Of a stretch of DNA of 64,000 nucleotides, positions 52,702-64,000 are shown piece by piece. Numbering within the stretch: the first letter of the stretch is position 1; every line of letters begins with the position of its first letter. Under the pieces are notes generated by a model. That model worked only from the letters and a program-made list of their open reading frames with translations, ran no database searches and was not told where the DNA came from. Source of the DNA: Pocillopora damicornis (taxonomy: Eukaryota); assembly GCF_003704095.1 (NCBI RefSeq), contig NW_020843823.1, forward strand, positions 186,001 through 250,000, written 5' to 3'. Made by a program: the position numbers and the translations under genes.

Positions 52702-55700
52702 ATGGCGAGTGGAAACTCAGGTAAGTTAGAGGCCTCTGTCATTCATCTAAATAGGGATGTCATTCTGTAATTAACACTCAAATGAGCTTTGAAAGTTACT
52801 AGCAGACGCCCAACTCCGTTAAAATGTTTAAATAGTTCACTTTAAGATGCGAAAGTTTACTATAGGTAGTGTATGGCAATATTACGATACCAAAAAATTA
52901 AACTCGATTTGGCTATCATATAAATTTTGAACCAACTCACAAACTGTATGACTTGGCAATTTGGTGACTGGATTCATTTGCATTGCGGAATTAAGTTTTA
53001 TTCTAATATATCCTCGGGACTTGAGATAGATATTAGGGGCATGTCAGTTGTTGAAACATTCGAGATATTATCTTGAAAGACTCTTTGTTCTGAGTAAACC
53101 GGAAATGCTTATAGTCAATTACGGCAATAACATAAGGTAAAATTTCCGCACAGCCCCATACTATTGTAAAACAATTCTGTTTTCCCAATGGCAATGTGTT
53201 GTTTTTGTCATTGTTTCCTCTATCCAAAAACTGAATGCATAATGTAGTATGGGGCTATGCGGAAATTTTACTCTTGAAGTTGCACATTACGAAACACAAC
53301 GTGAACATAATGCAATTACATGTAGACCCAAATAGCCATATCTATTTTCTTCCATCATGTATTTGTGAACTTATCACGATGGAGAGGTTAAAATAACTTG
53401 GTTTGAAATTTTAAAAATGTTGTCTAGGTACAAGTAATTTTAAATTATCTTAAACATTAAAATTTTAATTCCATTTGAAAGAAAGGTATTGGTTGGAGTA
53501 ATTATGGTACTGTAAGATCTCTGTGGTTGATTAAACAAATGCAATCACCTTTTTTGTGGGGGGTAAATATGTTTGTTGGGAGTGGGGTTTCAGTGATTTC
53601 TAAAAAGTTTTTTTAAATGAGATGAACTACAGGTTTTAAGATAATCTTAGTTTAGTTTACTTTCATATTATTTTTTGTCTAAATTGCAGTTTCAAAACTG
53701 AATGTTACTTTGGCATCAGATGTTGATGGCTGGAACAAAACTGTCAATGGACAGTTAGTAATTGAATTGGGAAGAAATGACAGGCTCTGTGTGACTGGTT
53801 TTGTGCCAAAGAACACACAACAACAGCGAGAACATGCCAGAAGTCTAAACATTCAACTTGTTGAATCTAAGGACCATGATGGATTTTCATCAGCAGAGCT
53901 ACTGTGTTTTCCTCCTGATAATCTTAATATTGATGTTCTTTTCATACATTCTCATGGAACTAATTTGGGTCGACAAGCTCAAGCCATAAAAGATTTGAAG
54001 AAATGCAAATGGGTTCAGGTTGTGCATTCGTTTCATGAAGAATGTCATACAGCTAGGTATGAAAATGAAAATGAACTGCAAAGGAAAATGTGTGAAAAGG
54101 CTGATGCTGTTATTGCAATTGGTTCAAAGACTGCAGAATCATGTAGACGAGCACTGCGTTATTCCTTAAAACAGGAAAATGTCATCAACCTCACACCAGG
54201 TGTTTGTGAAGACCTTATTGGTGTGCGCCGGGTTTATGAGGATTTGGCAACCTTCCATGTGCTAATAAGTGGATCTTTGAGTCATTTTAGCATCAAAGGA
54301 TGTGATGTTGCAGTGAAAGCAATCAAATTATTGAATACACCATCTTATCACCTGACTGTTGTTGTGAAGTCACATGATGAGACTGCTGGCATTACAAAGG
54401 CTTTGCTTAATGAGGGGATCAATTCACAACAACTGGATGTGTGTGTTGCTGGAAGCCGTGAAGAGTGGCGAAAATTGATGTGTAAAGTGGATCTTGCCAT
54501 TAAACCTTCAAGAAATGAAGGATTTGGAATGAGTGGTCTTCTTGCCATTTCTGCAGACTTACCTGTGCTGATCAGTGAACACTGTGGACTTGGCATGGTT
54601 CTAAAGACTGTGTTATTTGGAAATTCACACGTGGTGGACTCAGTCAAACCAGAGGTTTGGGCTGACAGGATACAGCAAGTCAGAGATAAAGACCCAGAAC
54701 TTCGCCGCGAAGAAGCAAAGCAACTGAGGGATGGTTACACACAGAAGTTCAACTGGAAGAATCAATGTGAGAAAGTAGTGGAGACTCTGTGTAAACTTGG
54801 CCAAAAGATTGGTATGCATGATTCAAATGTAACAGTAACAGTGACATTTGTTAATTATTAAGTTTTAAGGATTTACCAACAATATGGCATTAAAATCTCT
54901 CTAGTTTTCAGCCCTTTTGTGTCAAGTAAAAGCAAATTATCCTCGGCCACCAACTTTTCATTTTTTAATGGCTCTTTATGATTTCATAATATCTCAACAG
55001 TATCATGTACCATGATAAGTTCTTGATTGTTGTTATTGTGGTGGAGAGAAGACTTGCTCTTTTTTTTTAACCCTTTTCACCCCAACATCAGTATGCATAT
55101 TCTCCCTAACATCAGTATGCATATTCTCCCTAACATCAGTATGCATATTCTCCCTAACATCAGTATGTATATTCTCCCTAACATCAGTATGCATATTCTC
55201 CCTAACATCAGTATGCATATTCTCCCTAACATCAGTATGCATATTCTCCCTAACATCAGTATGCATATTCTCCCTAACATCAGTATGCATATTCTCCCTA
55301 ACATCAGTATGCATATTCTCCCTAACATCAGTATGCATATTCTCCCTACTCAGTTCTCTAAGATTCCTATATATGCTGACAAAGAGAATTTGTTTAATCA
55401 ATCAAGGGTTTCTTATGTTGGTGATCGTTTCTATTATCTCATATCCTGTGACATGATTAAGGAGTGATATTGTTAGGAGAGTTTAGATGCTAATCACCCT
55501 TAGTGGTTACAGGGTTAACTGGAATGAAAGGGTTAATTACATTACATTCATAGCCATTTTTCTGCCACAGAGCCTGGAAAGTCTTAGTAGTTTACCAGTT
55601 ATGAAATACTGTTCTTTTTTTATGTGATTGCTGTGTCTTCAGTCAAGATTGCTATATCAATAGTATTTAGATTTTGGAATTATTAAATATATTGGGAAAC

Positions 55701-56371
55701 AAAATATAACAAGCTGGTGTTTTGAGCCAACACCTAGCATTTTGATTTTTAAAATGTGGCTTCAGGCCCTAGAGGTTACTTGGACATAGAACATACATTT
55801 ACCTAATGTTTCAAACTACATGCTACATTGCACTCTGTTTACATGTTATTGTAGAATTTTTGTCATTTTATGTATTATTTCTCCTGTTACAGAGGGACCT
55901 ACAGAAAAGCAGGACCAAGAGGAGGCAGTAATGAAACTTACTAAAACAGTTGAAAAGACCAACTTATCTGATGAAAGCTCTACCAGAGAGGAAAAAGACA
56001 CTAAGATGAAACAGGATGTGGTAGATGCTGGAAGAAGCCTGGCAAATGAACGGCTGTCAATGAGTGTCAGAAACTTACCTCTACCAGTATATTCGAGAGT
56101 CTGTTTGTCACTGAATGTCCTGAGAGATGTGCGATGGGATGACTTTCGAATGCTGGGTGAGAAAGTTGGGCTCTCTAGAGATGAGATTGACTTTATACAA
56201 CAGCAGAGAAACCCCACTGATGAAATTCTGAAAACATGGTCATCAAATCCCCATGAGGCAACAGTGGCAAAATTGATTGAACTTTTGAAACACAAAGATT
56301 TTAGAAGAATGGATGTGGCACAAATACTTGAAGAATGGGTTTCTGAGATGAATGAGAAGTACAATAATTAA
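52702..56371 (+). CDS. GT4-like domain plus MyD88-like Death domain, paralog D (~539 aa)
   Basis: Exons 52702-52720 (ATGGCGAGTGGAAACTCAG|gtaagt), 53690-54811, 55893-56371; all phase 1; 1620 nt open. DLAIKPSRNEGFGMSGLLAISADLPVLIS. Death domain VRNLPLPVYSRVCLSLN...DDFRMLGEKVGLSRDEIDFIQQQRNPTDEILKTW..ATVAKLIELL..RMDVAQILEEW. Confidence 0.88.
53137..53271. repeat. 27-bp inverted repeat (MITE-like) in intron 1 of paralog D
   Basis: gtaaaatttccgcacagccccatacta (53137-53163) versus tagtatggggctatgcggaaattttac (53245-53271); 1 mismatch. Confidence 0.65.
55080..55348 (+). repeat. 24-bp tandem repeat (~11 copies) inside a MITE-like element (55067-55518)
   Basis: Unit ccctaacatcagtatgcatattct, near-perfect copies. 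Confidence 0.95.
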
Positions 56372-57749
56372 TAGTTAGCATTTTTAGAAATTCTTTCACT
56401 GTAGAAATGCTCTAAAATCACAATAACAGCATTTATGAGTTGTTACTTCAAAGGGACTTAAAGCTTTTAGATGGACATTTTTTTGTTTATTTTGTTTTTA
56501 TCTTCCTTAATCTTTAATTAAGATGTTCTTATAATGGCTGACTGTTAATAAAGTACAACATATTGGCACCTCAGTTTTGTTAAGCTTGTGGCTATGTCAT
56601 GTCCCTTACGCATTTAAAACCAAATAAAATTTATAAATAGTTGTATTAATATAATATGAAGCAATTTTTTAGTTGTTTTGTTGGATTTCTAGGGAAAAAT
56701 GTTACCCAACCCTTTAGCAAACAAGTGAGGTGACAAAATTCCCTACTGTCAGAGAATCAACGATTTTTTCTTTTCCTTTTGGTTCACAGTAAACATCAAT
56801 GTTTGACTGGGAATGTCAATGAATCAGATGTGGAACTTTCCATGTTTCTTACATAAAGGCAATGCAAACATTATTTGTCATGGTGTTTTAAAGGAAACAA
56901 TAATTTTTATTGCATTATAAATTATGTATCTTATGAGTTTGGTACTGATGGACCAAACTCGTTTTAAATGTTTTAAACATTTCAAGGAAATTTTGCCCTT
57001 ATTTAACCCAAGCTTTTCTTATACTATTAATTGAAACTGTAGCAATAAAAAATATCAGTCAAAAAGTTGTGACAAAATTCTATGTTTACTCCAGGAGAAC
57101 ATGATTGGCAACACAGAATGCTTTGTTTATTATGGTCACTAATTTTGACAGTAAAATGTATCATTATGCTCTGTAATTTAGTATTATCAAGTGAGTTGAT
57201 AATGTAAATTGGCCACTCTTAAGAGTTTAAAAGCTGATGTTTCAAGTGTTAACCCTTTGTTGGAGCAATTGGAGGAATTGTGGATTGTGTATGTTTATGA
57301 GCAAAAAGTGGAGCTGCGCTAATGGTGGGAATACAGTGACAACAAAACTATGTATCATTATACTCTAATCACTCAGAAACGTGTACAAAATATTTTGTAA
57401 TAAATATTCAGTAAACACATAGTTCCAGGCAGTTATTGATGTCCATCAGCATATATTGGTTACTTTAACACTAAGAAGACATATTCTCCTACGGTTTACA
57501 TCAAAGTTCACACGCAAGAAGAAAAAAGCAAGTGTAAGAGATGCCTTTGAATGGTTTCTGCATAACTTACAATCTCCTTAATAGCAAAACAAATCCCACC
57601 ACAGGCACCTCAAGCTCCAGCTGTGAGATGATCATCTTGCATAATAAGAGTTATGGTGAAAATATGAGCTATAGGAATATTTATGACCACTCTTAAGAAT
57701 AAAAAATATAGTCAAATTCTCAACAAAAATACCTCACCTTACTTTCACA

Positions 57750-57905
57750 GTACATTGCTTCTTTTGTGACCGCTTACTTTGTTGCAATGAGGCCATTTTA
57801 GAAAGTTATCCAATTCTAGGTTAGAGTAGTAAACCTAGAAATGAATAACTCACTAAAATGGCTTCTTTTCAACATAGTAAGCAGTCAGACAGCGAGCAAT
57901 GCACC
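57750..57905. repeat. Imperfect palindromic element downstream of MRPS18B
   Basis: acattgc...gcttactttgttg..a.gaggccattttag is mirrored by ctaaaatggcttc..ttcaacatagtaagc...gcaatgc. Confidence 0.45.
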
Positions 57906-58037
57906 ATGGAAGTTCTTCGCCAACATTTTTTGTCACAATGAATTACTGTCTAGGAATGGCAGTTTAAACTGCACACAGAGCTAGCATTAGTCATTCATCT
58001 CATTACTCATTTCTTTGGTTATTTTTAAGCTTTATTT

Positions 58038-61000
58038 CTATTTTCTGTTTTTAAACATAGATGGTACTCCAACAGGTTGAAAGACTCGCAGTGGATCCCT
58101 TGGGCCTGGTATCATGTAAGGAATCAAGCCTGTCAAAAAATTGCACAAGTAGAGTTATATACACCATGACAGGGGCAAGTAGACTGCAATAGATGGAGCA
58201 CTTTGCAACTAACCAACTGCAAAGCGTAGTGCCCAACGGATTGATGTAGAAAGTTAGGATCAGTGGAAAGGTCTTAGAATTGTCTATACTGTATTCTATT
58301 CTCTCTTACATCACCACAACCTTTTGTGCTCCTGTGCACTCCTCCTTGAGTTCTCTAGGCCACATTCACAAAAAGGCAACAATACATCTTAAACTGATAA
58401 AATTCCACAAAAAAAATCCCAACAGCATACCTTTGTCTCGAGCTTCGATTATTGCCTTTGTTAAAAGTTTGTGCTGTTTTTGGCAAACACCTGTAACAAA
58501 AAGAGCAGAAAAAATTAATGCAATTGAAAACTCCCCCTCAATATTTTAAGGAAAACAATTACGGTAGGTAAATAAACAAATGATCCAAGCACAGCAAAAA
58601 AAAAAAAAAGCTGTATAACTGGGTTTTCCATAATTTTTCCCATGAGCAGCTGCCAATGATGTAATAGCCAGCTGTGCCATTGGGTGAAATCAAAACAAGA
58701 GAACTTGCTTGCAGGCTAAACAGACAACAGTCGGAGGTCTTATGGGCAGCAGTTGACTGCCACTAAGTGCCTTTTATTGAGACTCCTGGGTAGCAAGTGC
58801 TCACACTGACCAAGATGCGAATTAAAAGGTAGGCACATGATTAAATTACTCGAGTTGGTTATGATAGCCTCAAAGAAATGAAAAAGAGAAGGGTTACTAT
58901 GTGCAGTGCTATATTTGTCCTCACTATATAATAACTTCACTGATCCTTTTGTAGAAAGCACTATCACCTGTTTTGATTGTTTCAAGAATCTTTTCTGTGT
59001 GAGGGCAGATGAACTGCGACAATAAACCCACATCCTGAAAATCAAATTTAGTGCAATCTTTAAGCTGTTGAAGTTTCTGAAAACAACTTCTAATGTTGTG
59101 CATTTTCTATACTTCTACAAAATTTTTTTTCTTCACTTGCCACCAACCACTGTGCCAGGCTAATGTGTCAGTCAATTCCGAGCATCAACCTCTCCAGTTT
59201 TCCCACACATTTGAACTTTTATAGATTAGCTCATTCAAATTCCTGCCAGCCAGGAAAAATGCCTGTGACTTCCCTGGAGGGAGGAAATTGCAACAACCTG
59301 AAATTCATTGCAAGCTCAGCCATAATTCCACGTTAAGAAAAATCTAGGGTGACTCAATTGGCACAGTTTGTAGATCGACTACTGAATACATGGCACAACT
59401 TGAAATCTAACAAGTGCATGATTGCCAAAGACGGAGACTACTCCCCACAAAATATTGCATGACCTATTCCTAGGCACCAGCAAAGTGTGAGAGTATACAT
59501 CTTCCACTACCTTTGTTTCACTCAGTCAGAGAAGGAAAAAAGGATGACACACTTCAAGCATTACCATGCCTAACTTGTCCATGCACCATGGGGACAGTGG
59601 AGAACCATAACTGTTACATATTTATAACCAAAACCACTCATAAAATACCCTGACACTGGGCCAATTTGACAGGTCACATGACCAAAGATACAAAAAAGAC
59701 CCCAGCCACCAGCTGTATGTTATGATAATTTTACTGAATATGACAAAATTAACAAACCAGTTGGGTAAAATGGTATTGTTTCTACAAACACAAGTAGCTG
59801 TTAACAAGTTATTACTTTTTTTATTACTCACTGTATAAACCACTTCATAGTTTCTCTCTGCTTTAAGTTGACATATGGGACAGGGATTACTGCATACTTT
59901 GGTACCAGCCTGAAAAAGAAATAGGTTGTTGCATTCTACAAAATTCATGACTCACCACTGGTTGCTATTAGTGATGGCAACAAATATTTGGATATTCCTT
60001 TTAGGTATCTATAGAGTAATAATACTCAGCTAAAATGCTATTGATAATAATGAACTACTATTCACCAAAGCAGAGGTAGCTGGTAGTGGATATTTATTAA
60101 TGCCGGAAGTGGCAAGATAAATACCCACCACTAAACCACCTAAAATGAGGTAAATGGTTGTTTTATTACAGTAAAAAAAGTATCACTCCTACTGAAAAAT
60201 ATGAAAGTGTGCTTTCACACAGTGTAAACAACTTGGTCCATGAAAGCAACATCATTCATCCGTGATATTATGCTTATTTTCAACCTTGCAATACTTTTGA
60301 CTCAATAAAGAAATACAAATTACTATTCTAGTACCCAATGGGAAAACTTTGCAATTATTCCTCAGTGGCTGCCTGTATATATTTAGACTTAACAACAGCC
60401 AAAGGTTCATAGTGCAGTCCAATCACATTACACAAATCCCAATTTTGTTGCAAGATTAATATAACAGAGGTCAGATTGACCTGGTGGTAAATACAAAACA
60501 CCTTTTTTAAAACTGTTTCAGAAGGCTGGGCGAAGCTGTACACTGGCTTTTCAAAGCAACAGGATATTTCTAGAGCAAGCTCTCATGTGTAACTAACCAA
60601 AATTTAAATAAAAACTTACAAAGCAGTTCCGTCGCGTTTTCTGTCAAAGAAACAAAACACAAAAGGCAAATTTAGCAATTAGACTAGGAGTGCAGCAACA
60701 GATCAAAACATAAAGCTTTCCAAGGGAAAAAATTCCACAAAATTAAGTCCCACAATTGGCAGGTAAGCTTGTTGTACTGACTCAGCAACAAAATCACACA
60801 AAATGCATCACCCTCTTGTCTGTAGACTTCACAAATACTTAATTAAAGGATGACTTTATAATTAGAGAAAGAACTTTACCTGAGGTGGAAACTGGCCTTT
60901 AAAATTTCTTTGGAAATTTGTCCAGATTGGTTTTCCTCCTTGAGCAAAAATGAAATGAGTAAAACAAAAACTTATCAAACAATTAATATATTGTATATTT

Positions 61001-63708
61001 TTAGCTACTTTAAATCAGAGCTGCCCAAGTTCTATCATTATCACAGTGAGAATGGTAAAGTATCATTAAAATTAAAAATTAATCTTGTTTCTAACAAGTT
61101 GATACTAGACCACAATAATAAAAGAGGAGATAGTCACAACATGCTCAGCCAACTCAGCAACTGTGGTGTTGTAGGAATAATAAAACAAAGATTAACAGCA
61201 AATGAGAATTACTGGGCCAGAAAACTTGAAAATGTTCCAGAGTCAATCTACAAGATATAAAACAAAATTTTACTTATTTTGATTATTTGCTATTTATTTA
61301 CATATCGGTATAGGTATATTGCTTTCTGCTTTATTTTCTAGATTTTCAACTCCAAAGATCCCTGAATTAGATCTAAATTTAATCATAAATATGGTATGTG
61401 TTCAGTTTACACCTAGCTGATGGAAACAGCTTGGTAGTCAATCTGAACACATTCCATTGTGAGGCTGGTTTATACTCAGTACACTAGCTTCTATATGAAC
61501 TTCTAATTATTTTCATTTGAATCACATCCAATATACCACAGACTTGTAAGTTATTTCTATTCTTAGACACTTGATGAATCTAAACTTATATATAGATATT
61601 TTAATAAATACAATTATATTACTTATTTAAATGTTGTATTTTTTTTTAATAAATTAGTATTAGACAGGTCCACATCAGCTGCGGCTGCCTGACTCTTAAC
61701 GTGCATTTCCAAATAAACTAAGTTATGTTATTTTATGATAAGACAAAGAGACACATTTTGAAATTCTTGAATTTGAACTCTACTCTGAATGCATCCTGCA
61801 GACAGTATTCACTGAAATAAGAATTCCAGTGATAAGTCAGTTGCAAAATAGTCACTTGTAATTTGGCCTATGAGGCTGTCTATTGTTGAAGTGCCTAATA
61901 TATCTTGTAGTTTAAAATAACTTAAAATTTGAAATAAGAGCAGTTGATTTGTGTTTCTTTATTCAGGGATTAAAAGAGAAAATACATAACAAACTAGTTT
62001 GAAACCAAATACTTTGGTTTAATCAACTAAGTTGATATTGTAAATTGACCAGCTTAAATAGCTTCTGCTGACAATTTGAATGTTTGGCCTTTGCAAGTTA
62101 GAGCAAATGACAAATAACTTACCCTCAAAACATTTCCTTCAGAAATTTTTTATGGTGGGCAATTTACATTATCAACTCAGTTCAGAAAGCCAAACTATCT
62201 TAAGTTGTAATAATCCCCACCGATACAGCACCACAGTTTCTTTAGAACTTAACCCCATATTCATTAGCTTGAAACCATAATGATTTAAATTTGGATTTAA
62301 CCCTTGGACTACTTACAGTGACTAGCATCTAATTTCTCCTTACAATTAAGTCCTGAATCAAACATTGGGGTCACAACAATAAAGGAAATGATGACTATGC
62401 ACAATCTCCTTGTTGACCTCACAAGAGATGTATAGAGAACAGTATGGAGAATTTGCATGTTAATATAAGGGTGTAGAGGGTTTTGATTAGCTTCTACATG
62501 TATACTGTAAATTAAAAAAAAACACACATACTTATCAGTAGAATCTGGATCAATGATTCCTCCTTCAATTTTTCCAACTAGATAATTACGCATTGCTGAA
62601 GACATCCATTGCTCTTTTCCTGTGAAGAAATTAAAAAGAAAAAAAAGGCAACAAAATAAACAACTAATGTCACATCCAATTGACCATAGGTTTTAAACTG
62701 GGTTTACAGACCTTTGGAATTCCATCAAACAAATAAAGATTTACAAGAAGAGATGTCTGTGCTGACAGATCAGCACCTTCATCTTGACTGAAACTGTAAA
62801 TATGTATGCTGAACCCTTTAACTTCCTCATCAAATTTGTAATTCTCCCTACTGTCAACCGTACAATTCTTATAATGTTAGTTCAGAGAATTTAATATGAG
62901 ATCAACTAATTATTTCCAAATTGATGTTTTTCTTAATTCTTATTACTTATCTGTTTGATATTGTAAGGAGAAATTCTGTCTTGGTCACTCACGGGAGTTA
63001 AATGGTTAAGTTAAAAGATGAACAGTTACCATATTGCACACTTCTAAGGAGTTCTGCTGTAATGGGAGTGATGACTCTGTGGGCTTTGATATTTTTCTTG
63101 TCACTTGAATGGGTAATTCCTATAAAATATTGTGGGTACATTAAATGTTATGAATAAAGATCCGTGTTCCCTCACAAAGAAATCCCTTGATATCTTATTA
63201 ATATGAATCGCACAGACAGTCTATTTCAAAGTGCTTAGTGACCAAATTCTACAATGAATTCCCTTGTAAGTAAAACTGGCGATGATTAAGCGAGAAGTAT
63301 TGCCAATAATCATGTACATACATGCAGAAGGTACATTCATAAAATAAATAGAACCCAAAAAGTACTTATATTGCATTTAAATCCCCAGCAAGCATGGTCG
63401 CTGGAAAAAATTTTTTCCGGCAAAAAAAGATGTAAAAAAATTACGAGCGATTTTTTATTATCAGGCTAACGTAAAAAAATTCAAACCTATCTGAAGACTG
63501 CTAAGTTGTTAAGGAAGGGGTTGCACGTGACATATTTACCTCTGGCCCAAGAACGTCGCACGAGCCATGATTGATCCCTTGGGCGATAGTTATATAACGA
63601 TCTATCTCTGAAACAGAAACTAGAGAATCTTTGTGGAATTTTACGTCCAAAATCACACAATGAATTCATAGCAAGATTCTTCGGTAATACTCGAGGTAAG
63701 GCCGCCAT
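58038..63708 (-). CDS. MRPS18B: Mitochondrial small ribosomal subunit protein S18b (mS40)
   Basis: Exons 63708-63540, 63119-63030, 62619-62532, 61247-61213, 60938-60880, 60640-60620, 59909-59832, 59034-58968, 58490-58431, 58129-58038. Yields KPIWTNFQRNFKGQFPPQKTRRNCF..NPCPIC...DVGLLSQFICPHT..IL...TGVCQKQHKLLTKAIIEARDKGLIP, matching the S18-2 pattern; Arg-rich N-terminal transit-like peptide. Confidence 0.9.
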
Positions 63709-63863
63709 ATTGAACTTTTTCAATCTGACCCAGTCTACTCACTGACAGATATTTTTGATTGATGGGAAATTGACCAATTGGAGCGTAGTTTCTTTCTTTG
63801 ACTCTTACATGTCCATCGTCCCTTTGGGGTGTTAGTGTGAGTCCAAGTGAAAATTGGTAAGCC

Positions 63864-64000
63864 ATGTTACTCGGAAAATTCTCTGCCAGAAATTTGCGGT
63901 GTTTTCTTCCTCACAAGTACGATGTGAAGTGGAAATTTCGACGTGGTAACAATGTTGGACTAATTTTGTTCCTTTTGTTTATTTTTAGGTGAAGAAATGC
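63864..64000 (+). CDS. Probable first exons of an unidentified gene head-to-head with MRPS18B
   Basis: gccATG at 63864 gives MLLGKFSARNLRCFLPHK; donor at 63917; polypyrimidine tract and ag acceptor ending at 63988. Truncated by the window edge. Confidence 0.4.

Noticed and set aside
55027-55467. ORFs with repeated ISMHILPN / ENMHTDVR peptides, or a CRISPR-like array
   Set aside because: These come from translating a 24-bp intronic tandem repeat. There are no spacers and the context is eukaryotic.
63653-63865. 70-aa ORF MAYQFSLG... upstream of MRPS18B
   Set aside because: No recognisable motif; overlaps the promoter and first exon in another frame.

Overview
Intron-rich, AT-rich animal genomic DNA from a gapped assembly. 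The interspersed repeats and gene content suggest a stony coral (Scleractinia, possibly Pocilloporidae); that assignment is inference. The left ~12 kb is gap-rich and holds degraded Penelope-like and LINE (APE/RT) retroelements plus pseudogene fragments. Exon models below were built by hand from splice sites and reading frames. (1) A minus-strand receptor gene with >=21 exons (25971->12388, runs into a gap): signal peptide, LRRNT, 16 one-repeat-per-exon LRRs and a Cys-rich region. A disrupted paralog at 2.8-3.8 kb shows that the family continues into hydrophobic, probably transmembrane, segments. (2) A complete 5-exon secreted ML-domain (MD-2/NPC2/GM2A-superfamily) gene, head-to-head with the receptor, plus two further ML exon fragments. 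(3) A 4-gene cluster (38-56.4 kb) of family-4 (GT-B) glycosyltransferase-like genes. Three splice onto a C-terminal MyD88-like Death domain and one is GT-only. All four carry substitutions in canonical GT4 motifs. (4) MRPS18B (10 exons, minus strand), with a probable head-to-head gene start at the right edge. The most interesting candidate system is the GT4-Death 'TIR-less MyD88-like' adaptor cluster next to an LRR receptor/ML lipid-binding pair.
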